From positions 58,838,001-58,902,000 of the forward strand of contig CM060734.1 in NCBI GenBank assembly GCA_030704615.1: a DNA stretch of 64,000 nt, written 5' to 3'. Made by a program: the position numbers and the translations under genes. The stretch is from Takakia lepidozioides. Taxonomy: Eukaryota > Plantae > Bryophyta. Of this stretch, positions 1 to 10,580 are shown piece by piece; the stretch's first letter is position 1; each line of letters starts with the position of its first letter. The notes under the pieces are model-generated. The model made no database searches and was not told the DNA's origin. It was given only the letters and a program-made list of their open reading frames with translations.

Positions 1-3000
1 TAGTTCACTACCTGCTAACCAATACACCCATTAGTCATTCATGTGATCATATGGTGTTTTAATTGTACTAGGGCTTCGCGTTGCTCCGCACTACTAGCGA
101 CAAATTCTGATAACTATGTTCAATTTTTTACAAAAAAAAGGCTGGGTCATCCCCACGGTGGTTATTGCAGAGATCCCGTGTTTTGTTTTTTTCTGGAAGA
201 AAAATGGCGGATCTGTATTTCAACATTCAATTTTCACAAGCCGCATCAATCAATAACTACATACCCAAATACCCTTACATTCACTATATGAACTTTCTAA
301 GCATCCACCATGGGATTGGATCTTGGTGGGTTAAGGCTAGCTTTTGACAATATTCATGCAAGTTCATCAAGGGCTCCATCCAAAGCCACACCACGAGAAA
401 CAAACACATGTCCAAATTTAAGATGCTGAACAAACTTGTGCACAGGGCTGCCCCTCTCATCAAGCTCATTAAAATTCGTATTCACTTCCAACTTCAAGCT
501 TTGGAGAAGCTCCACCACCCAAACCCAGAATTAGGTCAGCACTTTGATTTCCATCCACTGTCACCATAATTAGTCAAAAATCACCCCTTCAGTCAAGTGC
601 AATTATGGGCTGACTTCCCACCTATGTCGGGTAGACCCCACTATCATTTCCTATAGATTTATGGCACAGGAAATGCACTCAACAGTACATCATGGTCAAT
701 ACTTTCGGGAAATGGTGGATGGTGTGAGTAGTTAAGTCACAGATCAATGAATGAAGCAAGCGTCCTTGAGATGAATTTGGTGGAGGTGTGGCAGTCACCA
801 CACACTCGAGGATTCTTGATGAGACGGAGAGGCGTCCTAGGGGTCATGCTGATCAGCCCAAAACCAATGGCCAGCTTCTTACTGTGGTGGCAAAGAGAAA
901 ATTCATTTTCCTCCTCCCCACATCATGCAATACAAAGCACATGTTAAGCACATACCCCGCCTCCTTCATCTTCCCAGACAATCTTCTCAGCTCAGCATGG
1001 ATTTCCTTAATTCTGGGATGCAACTTGTCATCTACAACGAAGGTGTGCACCCTGTTGCAAACCTCAATGCAGCAGCGACCTGGCTCATTTTCAACCCGTC
1101 TGACCTTCATCATTCTTCTCACCTTTACAGTATCAATCCACCTGCTAGCTGCAGCATAGATGTTTGATAGCAACATAAGTCACGGCATCCTGTTCATTCC
1201 ACTTGAGGATAGATGTTGCCGCACGTTGAGCCATCTCTACATTGTCATGGATTCTACAGGCACTAAACAAGGCCTTCCACACCACAACATCTGGATTGAT
1301 TGACATTTTATTAATCAGGTCCACTGCCTCATCCAGTTGTCATGCACGTCCAAGAAGGTTCACCATGCAGCCAAAGTGTTATACTGTCGGAGTGACACCA
1401 TGATCTTGAATCAGGGAATCGGAGTAGCATCTATCTTCATTCAGAAGGCCAGTGTAGCTGCATGCAGAGAGAACACATTCTTTCAAGCCGTTCTTTTGCA
1501 TTCCTTCAAATAGTTGCAGGACCTCCCTATGACAACCATGTTGTGCATATCCTGCGATCATTGCATTCCACAACACCACATCTCATTCAGCCATATTGTC
1601 GAACACTCCCTTTGCATCCTCCATGCACCCACATTTGGCATACATGTCCACCAGGGCAGAGTTCAGGATCACATCTGGTACAATTCTAGCTCTGACGATG
1701 TTGCCATGCACCTCTTTGCCCTTTTCCAGGGCTGCCAGGCTTGCACACGCACACAAACGTGATGTGGTCGGACTTCACCCCCGTCGCACATCATTTGCTC
1801 ATAGGTCTCCAAAGCCTCCATCCTACGTCCCTGTTGTGCATACCCTACAAGCACTGCACTCCACGACACCACATGTTGTTCAGCCTGCATACTGTTGAAA
1901 ACTACCTTTCACCCCTTCGTGCATCATTTGCTCATAGGTCTCTAAAGTATTCGTACCACACCCATGCATGGTAAATCCTGCCAACATTACATTCCACGTG
2001 ATCAAAGATGGTTGAGGCATTCTGTTGAACACTTGGTGATCATCCATGATGCTCCCGCACTTAACATACATGTCGATAAGGGTGTTGAGTAAAAAAAACA
2101 TTTGGCTAAATCCACTTTCCCCTTTTCCAGAGCTGCCAGGGTAGTGTTTAGAATGACATTTGGTACAATTCCAGCTTTGATGATATCCCCATGCACCTCT
2201 TTGCCCTTCTCTAGGGCTGCCAGGCTTGCACGACGCCACATCTTGTTCAGCCATAGTGTTGAACACTCCCATTGCGTCCTAGATGCACCCACATTTTGCA
2301 AACATGTCCACTAGGGTATTGTTCAGAATGAAATCTGGTACAATTCCAGCTCTGAAGATGTCGCCATGGACCTCTTTGCCCCTTTCCAGAGCTGCCAGGC
2401 CTGCACATGCATTGCAAACGCACCCAAACGTGATGTGGTCGGGCTTCACCCCTTCTCCCATCATTTGTTCATAAGTCTCCAAAGCCTCCATACCACGTTC
2501 TTGTTGTGCATACCCTGCAAGCATCGTGTCCAATGGCACCACATCTCCTTCAGCCATACTGTCAAAAACTCCCTTTGCATCCTCGATGCACTCACATTTG
2601 ACATATATGTCCAGTAGGGCAGTGTTTAGATTGACATTGGGTACAATTCCAGATGTGACGATGTTACCATGGACCACTTTGCACCTTTGCAGAGCTGCCA
2701 GGCTTGCACACGCATTGCAAATGCAAACAAACATTATGCGGTTGGGCTTCACCCCGTCGCACATCATTTGCTCATAGGTCTCCAAAGACTCCATCCCACG
2801 TCCCTGTTGTCCATACCTCTTTGCCCTTCTCTAGGGCTACCAGGCTTGCACGACGTCACATCTCATTCAGCCATATTGTCGAACACTCCTTTTGCATCCT
2901 CTATGCACCCACATTTGGCATACATGTCCACCAGGGCAGAGTTCAGGATCACATCTAGTACAAATCCAGCTCTGACGATGTCACCATGGCCCTCATTGCA

Positions 3001-3497
3001 CCTTTCCAGGGCTGCCAGGCTTGCAGAAGCATTGCAAACGCAAACAAATGTGATGTGGTTGGGCTTCAACCTTTCGCACATCAATTGCTCATAGGTCTCC
3101 AAAGCCTCCATCCCGCCCCTTGCTGTGCATATCCTGCAATCATCGCACTCCACGACACCACATTTCTTTCAGCCATACCGTCGAACACTCCCTTTGCATC
3201 CTCGATGCACTCACATTTGACATACATGTCCAGCAGGGCAGATGCATGGACCTCATTGCACCTTTCCAAAGCTGCCAGGCTTGTACACGCATTGCAAATG
3301 AAAAAAAAGGTTATGCGGTTGGGCTTCACCCCTTCGCACATCAATTGCTCAAGGTCTCCAACGCCTCCATCCCGCGCCCTTGCTGTGCATATTCTGTAAT
3401 CATCGCCCTCCACGACACCACATCTCCTTCACCCTTTGCATCCTCGATGCACTCACATTTGACATACATGTCCAGCAGGGCAGTGTTCAGAATGACA

Positions 3498-3744
3498 TTC
3501 AAGGTGTAGCTAAACAGCTCAAAGAAGGTTTGTTATTGGGCGCCCATCAAGCGCAGCTGCTGGAGAGGTTGGTAGCACCAGGCATCTGTGTGCTTGCCCA
3601 CCACCGTCTGCTGCATCCACCGGGTCTCCATTGCACCGATGCTGCCACTTCACCTGAACCATGGTGGGATCAGTTGTGGCAGGTGTGTTGCCCCCACATT
3701 GTCATCTTGTTGTCATCCTGTCTGTGTGGATTCATTGGGAGTTC
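3498..3744 (+). repeat. 247-bp copy of 19679-19924 inserted into the PPR pseudogene
   Basis: Direct match with about 5 differences by eye; interrupts the PPR consensus aatgacat[ctggta]caattccag. Confidence 0.93.
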
Positions 3745-4924
3745 CAATTCCAGATGTGACGATGTCACCATGGACCACTTTGCACCTTTCCAGAGCTGCC
3801 AGGCTTGCACGCGCATTGCAAATGCAAACAAACGTTATGTGGTTGGGCTTCACCCCTTCCCACATCATTTGCTCATAGGTCTCCGAAGCCTCCATCCCGC
3901 CTCTTGTTGTGCATATCCTGCAATCATTGCCCTCCACGACACCACATTTCTTTCAGCCATACTGTCGAAAACTCCCTTTGCATCCTCGATGCACTCACAT
4001 TTGACATACATGTCCAGCAGGGCTGTGTTCAGGATGACATCTGGTACAAATCAGCTTTGACGATGTCACCATGGACCTCATTGCACCTTTCCAGGGCTGC
4101 CAGGCTTGCACATGCATTGCAAATGCAAACAAACGTCAACACACTTCTCCTCATCTATGTTATCTGTTTTTGGATACTTTCCTGCTGCCACATTGGCAGT
4201 AACTTGTCAAAGTCACTCCTAACCACCACAGATACACCCAACGAGCTAACTTACAGAATTCAATATGCATCTCAAATTCCCTTGCTCAGTTTCTCACCAA
4301 ACACTATATGATAAGTGGCATGTTAGCAAGAGCAGTTTCCAGGATGATATTTGGCTCAATTCTGGTTTTGATAATACCAGCATGGATTTTTTTGCCCTTT
4401 TCCAGGTCTGCCAGGCTGCCACATTTGTCCGGTACCCACCCTTCCCATATCATTGCTCATAGGTCTCCAAGGTGACCACACCCTTGCTGAGCATATCCTG
4501 CAGCAATCATCGCACAATGAAACCACATCTCGTCCAGTCATATTGTCGAAAACTTGACGGGCCTCCTTCATGCTCCCGCACTTGGCCTACATGGCAGCAA
4601 AGGCAGTCTCTAGAATGACATTTGGTGCAATTCCAGCTTTCAAAATGTCAGCTTGGACCTGTTTTCCCTTTTCCAAGGCACCTATGCAGGCACATGCCTT
4701 GAGAGTAGAATGAACGTGACCTTGGAGGGTACGGCTTGCTAAGACCAAGCTTACTCTCCCAAAAACCTTGTAAACATCATGAAGAATACCAAATCATGGT
4801 ACCCAACGAGCTAACTTACAGAATTCAATATGCATCTCAGGGCTGAGTCTGATGAGAGGGCAAAACAGGTTGAAATAGGTCGAAGAATGTGCCCTCACCA
4901 CATTGTCCTTGACCTTGTGTTATG

Positions 4925-5030
4925 ACCCATGGAGGATTTGGCCGACCATCAACCCAAAAAGACCTCTTGTGTGTGTTGCTTGTGTCCGTAGTCAGGTAAT
5001 GTCAGATTGGTATGTAAGAACCACCATGGT
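4925..5030 (-). pseudogene. OSB-type PDF motif remnant (PDY variant)
   Basis: WW..NLTLPDYGHKQHTQEVF/WVDGRPNPPWV across a 1-nt frameshift; fits the PDFKHK..LW..P.WV pattern. Confidence 0.7.
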
Positions 5031-5953
5031 GCAGCTGAGTAGGCAGAGATTGAACTAAGATTTGCAGGCTGGACAAGGGTGTTCAGTAGAAAAACATTTG
5101 TTGTGAATCCACTCTGGATAATGTGAGTGTGCTCATAGGTCTCCAAAGCCTCCATCCCGCACCCTTCACACAAACGTGATGTGGTTGGGCTTCACTCCTT
5201 CCCCCAGGCCTCCATCCCGCACCCCTGCTGTGCATATCCTACAAGCATGGCGTTCCATGACACCAAATCTTGTTCAGCCATATTGTTGAACACTCCTTCC
5301 ACATCCTCAATGCTCCCACATTTGGCATACATGTCTACGAGGGTATTGTTCAGAATCACATCTGGTACAATTCCAGCTTTGGCAATGCAACCATGCACCT
5401 CTTTGCCCTTTTCTAGGGCTGCTAGGCTTGCACACGCATTGCAAACACACAAAAACGTGATATGGTCGGGCTTCACCCCTTTACCCATCATTTGTTCATA
5501 GGTCTCCAAGGCCTCCATCACGCGCCCCTGTTGTGCATACGCTGCAAGCATGGCGTTCCACGACACCGAAACTCGTTCAGCCATACTATGGAAAACTCCC
5601 TCCACATCCTCAACGCTCCCACATTTGGCATACATGTCCACCAAGGTAGTGTTCAGGATGACATCTGGTACAATTGCAGCTTTGACGATGCAACCATGGA
5701 CCTCTTTGTCAGGCTTGCACACGCACTGCAAACACACACAAACGTGATGTGGTCGGACTTCACCCCTTCGCACATCATTTGTTCATAGGTCTCCAAAGCC
5801 TCCATCCCGCGCCCCTGCAAGCATCGATGCAGGCAGTGCTCATAATGACATCTGGTACAATTCCAGATTTGACGATGTCACCATGGGCCTCTTTCCACTT
5901 TTCCAGGGCTGCCAGGCTTGCACACACACTGCAAATGCAAACAAACGTGTCTT

Positions 5954-6049
5954 TAGTTGACCATCTACCCATGCAGGTTTCTTGTAGTTATTGATCCACA
6001 GGGAATCATAGGTAATCTGGAGCTTGAAGTCCGGTCCCCTTGGATGAAT
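5954..6049 (-). pseudogene. OSB-type PDF motif, C-terminal half, after a CAG acceptor
   Basis: cag|IHPRGPDFKLQITYDSLWINNYKKPAWVDGQL, joined directly (out of frame) to a PPR L motif. Confidence 0.8.
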
Positions 6050-6359
6050 CTGGACCCACACTCTATCCCTGCTCCTTCAACTATCCATGCCTCTGCACAA
6101 ATCATGCATACATCCGATCATTGCACTCCATGAGACCACAATTTGTCTAGCCATATTGCCAAGCACCTGACTTGCATCTTCAAGGCTGCCACATTTGGCA
6201 TACCATCGACTAGGGTATTCTCCAGAATGATATCTGGAACAATTCCAGCTTTCATTATGTCAACATGGACTTGTTTGCCCTTCTCCAGGGCTGCCATGCT
6301 TGCACAGGCATTGACAACGTAAACAAACGTAGACTGGTCAGGTGCCACCCCTTCTCATA

Positions 6360-7209
6360 CACTACAACAGATCGCGGTAGTTATGACTGCCAAACCGTGG
6401 TAGTCGTGGTTTTCATGACTTTGACCATGACTGCACCATGTTTTTATGTGAAATTGACTTCCCGCAGTCGTTCATACGACTGTAGTCATATGAACGACTA
6501 TCTAAATAGTCGTCTGTATGACTACATGGCTCCGGAATGGGCGGAAGGCTGGTCAACGATAATTGACCAGATTTAACTCACTATTCATAGTCATTTTCTA
6601 TGACTGCAGTGTACATAGATGAGGTTACATAGTCATGATGACTACTGGGGATTTTGTAATTTGGTGTGTATAATACAATTAAAACACCATATGATCATAT
6701 GAATTACTAATGGGTGTATTGGTTAACAGGTAGTGAACTATAACTCTTATAGTAAAGAGGTTGCAGGTTTAAACTCCTCTAAGTACAATCAAATGGATAA
6801 GATGGCCCTAGGGTTAGTAGGCGAGTTAGGGATAGCACGTGGTATCCTAGATGGACTGCCACGTGGTTTTTTCATTATTATAAAATGCATTATGCCACGT
6901 GGCACAATGCGGTGCGACGCGGCGTTTGACATATGTTTTTATTTTTTCAATTTTTTTTAATTTAATTTAATTTTTTAAATCAATTGCGCCTCGCCACGTG
7001 GTGCAGCAGCGGCGGCTGCAGTATGGTATATATGACTGCAGTGAGAGATATCACTTGGTTCATATGACTGTAGTCATCCGGACCATACCATCCTGTACTC
7101 ATTGTATTGACTTGGTTAGCACGACTTACAGTCATAAAAGTCATATGTACCGTTTATGACTGTAGAATAGTCATATATACAGTCATAAATACCACGATCT
7201 GTTGTAGTG
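6360..7209. mobile_element. Non-autonomous CACTA element (850 bp)
   Basis: Ends CACTACAACAGATCGCGGTA / TACCACGATCTGTTGTAGTG; 3-bp TSD ATA (6357-59, 7210-12); ATGAC/GTCAT subterminal repeats. Confidence 0.93.
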
Positions 7210-7699
7210 ATACCATGACCTATATAATATTTCAAATGATGATGATGGCTCAACGGCTTCCAGACCCTCCATCTTGATGCACTTAAGCAAGAGACAGACA
7301 TATGTATATGAATCTGCTGAAATGCCAAAGTCTCCATCCGCCCCTGTTGTGCATACCCTGCCTCTTCATGTTGCATTTGCTCGTAGGTCTCAAAAACATC
7401 CCTACTGCACCCATGCAGAGCACATCCTACAATCACTGAACTCCAAGGGACAATATTTCATTTTGTCATATTGTTGAAACTTGACATGCATAGTTCATGC
7501 TCCCACATTTGGCATACATGTCAGCAAGGGCAGACTCCAGTAAGCGCTAATCCAGTTTTAACAAGGTCAGCGTGGATCTCTAAGTAGGCAGAGATTGAAA
7601 CACGGTCTGACAAGACCAAGCTGACTCTCGCAAGAACCTTGTAAACATCAGGAAGAATACCAAATCATGGCACTAACAGGAGGCAAAGATTGAAACACA

Positions 7700-7812
7700 G
7701 CTTGGCAATAACCTGTTGTGTGTGCTGCTTGTGTCTGTAGTCAGATAATGTTGGATCAATCTATGAATCTGGACCCACACTCGATCCCTGCTCCTTCAGC
7801 TATCCATGCCTT
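7700..7812 (-). pseudogene. Further PDF motif remnant plus a copy of the 6043-6090 acceptor region
   Basis: IDPTLSDYRHKQHTQQV; atgaatctggacccacactc..tccctgctccttca shared with 6043-6090. Confidence 0.6.
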
Positions 7813-8101
7813 TGCTTGCAAGGTGAACGATGGCGGAAAATGCAGAGCTCTTGCACAATGGCGAAAAACGTAGAGCTCCTACAGTTCAAGAAGATCAAGA
7901 TCCGGGCATTGCGGGCAGTTCCAAAAACGTTGGCGCGACGATTTCTATTGGTCTATTTCTCGCGGGCCGTCCGTGCAGATTCCAAAGAAATTGACGACAA
8001 CGATGACGTGTCTACGATGACGTGACAACGATGATGTGGCACTATGGCACCCTATACCTGCTCTACGCTAAACTAGCTTCCGACCTTCGGTCGTCGCTAA
8101 A

Positions 8102-8415
8102 ATTATACACACCAAATTACAAAATCCCCAGTAGTAATCATGACTATGTAATCTCATCCATGTACACTGTAGTCATGGAAATTACTATGAATGGTGAGCT
8201 AAATCTGGTCAATTGCCGTTGACCAGCCTTCCGTCCATTCCGGAGCCATGTAGTCATACAGATGACTACTTAGATAGTCATTCACATGATTATAGTCGTA
8301 TGAACGACTGCGGGAGGTCAATTTCATATAAAAACATGGTACAGTCATGGTCAAAGTCAAGAAAACCATGACTACCACGGTTTGGCAGTCATAACTACCG
8401 CGATCTGTTGTAGTG
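8102..8415 (-). mobile_element. Solitary left end of the same CACTA family, inverted, abutting the gag remnant
   Basis: Reverse complement of ~6360-6674, ending GATCTGTTGTAGTG at 8415. Confidence 0.9.
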
Positions 8416-8912
8416 TCTCTCCCTATCATTTTCTCCAAACGTTGTAGTGAACTCGGACATGAATGCTTCAAAATTATATAGTAAATGCGATTATTTTTCT
8501 TATAGCGATGCAAACCAAGATAGGGCAGTGCCTGATAAGAAGGGTGCCCACGAATCCTGCTTGAATACCTTCATCGGGGTAACGTTGTGGATATAGTCGT
8601 AGGAACACTCGTATTTGTTGAACAAAACTGCGAAATCTTGACTTTGTCCCATCAAATTTCTCGGGCATGCTGATCTTTGGTTCTCTCGTAATCTGTTGAA
8701 GATGAACCGTTGTAGTATGAATTGTTGCGTATGGTTGAAGATCCATTGTTCGACTCCTTTAACTCTGAAATTTGTTGTTGCAAATTGTGGAGAGCGTTGC
8801 CAAGATCTTGAGACTGATCAGCTTGTAATTGGGCGGTAGAGGTACGAAGTTCTTGCATCTGGAGCTAAAGAGTCTGCAATGTGGCGACCATTTCCGCAAA
8901 TGTGCCTTCCAT
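8416..8912 (-). mobile_element. Truncated Ty3/gypsy (Tcn1-like chromovirus) gag
   Basis: Coiled-coil N-terminus, then REPKISMPEKFDGTKSRFRSFVQQIRVFLRLYPQRYP..GFVGTLL; stop and frameshifts. Confidence 0.85.
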
Positions 8913-8950
8913 CTTAACTATCTAAGGAACAAACTTTAGTCTCGTTAAAC

Positions 8951-9556
8951 TGTCAAGGACGAGAATATGACTGAATCCAAACAAGAGATCAGACTAGAGG
9001 TACAAGACTAGACAAGAAGTCAAGGTCGGCGTGGCCGTATGCATGATGAGTAAATAGAAATCAAGACGATCTTTATAACAATGAACAAGAGTACAAGATA
9101 TTGGAACACGACTTGAATACTGGAATGCTGGAAACTAGACTGAAGTACCAGATACTGGAAACTGGGCTAGAGTACTGAGAACTGGACTGGAGTACTGGGA
9201 ACTGGAAACAAGAGTAGCTTGAACTAGTGTTGGCGAGACTGAAGAGTGTCCAGTCTCGCCTCCTATATATACTGGCTACTAGGAGGTTCCCTAAGAGGCT
9301 TCCCAAAAGGAGGTTTCTTGATGAAGAAGTTTCCAAGGTTAAACAAAGGTTTCTTGATAGAAAAGTTTCCTAAAAAAGAAGCTTCCCAAGCAGTTTCTCA
9401 AGTTACTCTCGGTAATTTGATAAATTTCCGGTAATTTGGTAATTAATGATAACTTATGGTAAATCATGGTAGATCACGGTAACTTTCAGTAACATGATAA
9501 CTTAGTAACTTATGGTATTTACTCCTGATAAGTTCCTCTAGGCTATGTCTGTGACA
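8951..9556 (-). mobile_element. 5' LTR (606 bp) of the gypsy element
   Basis: TGTCA..TGACA termini, TATATATA at 9264-9271, immediately upstream of gag on the minus strand. Confidence 0.8.
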
Positions 9557-10580
9557 TCACATTTACAACCCAACCTTAAGTGATAAAGGGGCCCAGATTC
9601 TTAAAAAGATCTGTCATAGATGAATATGCAATATGATGGACAACCATTTGCTGGAACATTAGAGTCGTTCCACCGGATAAATGATAGTTGTTTTACAAGC
9701 GACTACTCAAACACTTTATAGACTTTAGGAAACAATGTTTTGATGTTTCTTCATCTTCATATTGGCAGTCAAGTTGAATTCTTGCGACAGGTGGGCAATC
9801 GAGGTGCAATGAAGTTGCTATCTATGTCGAGCGGCGATGTGAACCATTGCGCACATTCGTTCGCCAAGCTCGAGATCGAGATGGTCGTGAAGTCACCATT
9901 ATTACGGGAAGTTATTGCATGGGAAACACTCTTCAATTCGTGTACCCATGGAAGAGCGTAGTACGAAAGACACTTGTTTAAATCGTGCTTGCAAATGCTT
10001 GGTACAGTATGTATGATATCATTACAATGATAAAATTTTATGACATTATCATCTATATATTGCATCGCATATATTGTTTTGATTGAATATATAAATATGT
10101 AAATCTTTTATGATATTGAGATTATATTTCATACAAGATAATATTTTTAATCGTACTTTTATTTCTGTTCATAGGCCTTCTAATATGTTCATGTCCACTT
10201 TTCTACCATCAAATCCACTTTTAACTAATACCGTATTTATGGCTTATATCGACAATGATAATAGTTCAGTCGTTCTAGCATGGAGTGTACCTCTAATCGA
10301 GTGTTGATTAATTTGCCATCAATAGCTTACTAGTTAATCTTAGCACTTTGTCTTCAATATCCCACGTTAGAAGTTAAAAGTATTATATTTATGGAAATAA
10401 TCGTATTAATTAGTTTAGTTGAAATGAGGGTTATTAACATGGGGAAAATTATTCAGTTGGCAAAGTGTTAAGCTCATGTCACATAATCAGCAACTTATAT
10501 TAATCAAATTAGGACAAATATCGGTGTAACTTACTTAGTGTCCAGCTGAATAGGTGTTTGTTACTATTGACCTTTCTATA

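Larger units (their letters stand above)
740..7560 (-). pseudogene. Degenerate PLS-class PPR gene ending in E1/E2/E+ and a truncated PG-type DYW domain, interleaved with OSB-type PDF motifs
   Basis: Repeated P/L/S motifs (SWNAMLAAYAQQG, PDHITFLCVCNACASLAALEKGKEVH, LVDMYAKCGS). E motifs at 1100-1380 (HFGCMVNLLGRA, VWKALFSACRIH, YVLLSNIYAAASRW), PG box EPGRCCIEV, then after a frameshift HHSKKLAIGFGL..NPRVCGDCHTSTKFIS. Many stops and frameshifts. Confidence 0.93.

Noticed and set aside
740-1176. U-to-C (DYW:KP) editing domain
   Set aside because: PG box, HSxKLA and CGDCH are of the canonical C-to-U type.
1462-5994. Many + strand ORFs over the PPR region
   Set aside because: Antisense shadows of the repetitive PPR codons.
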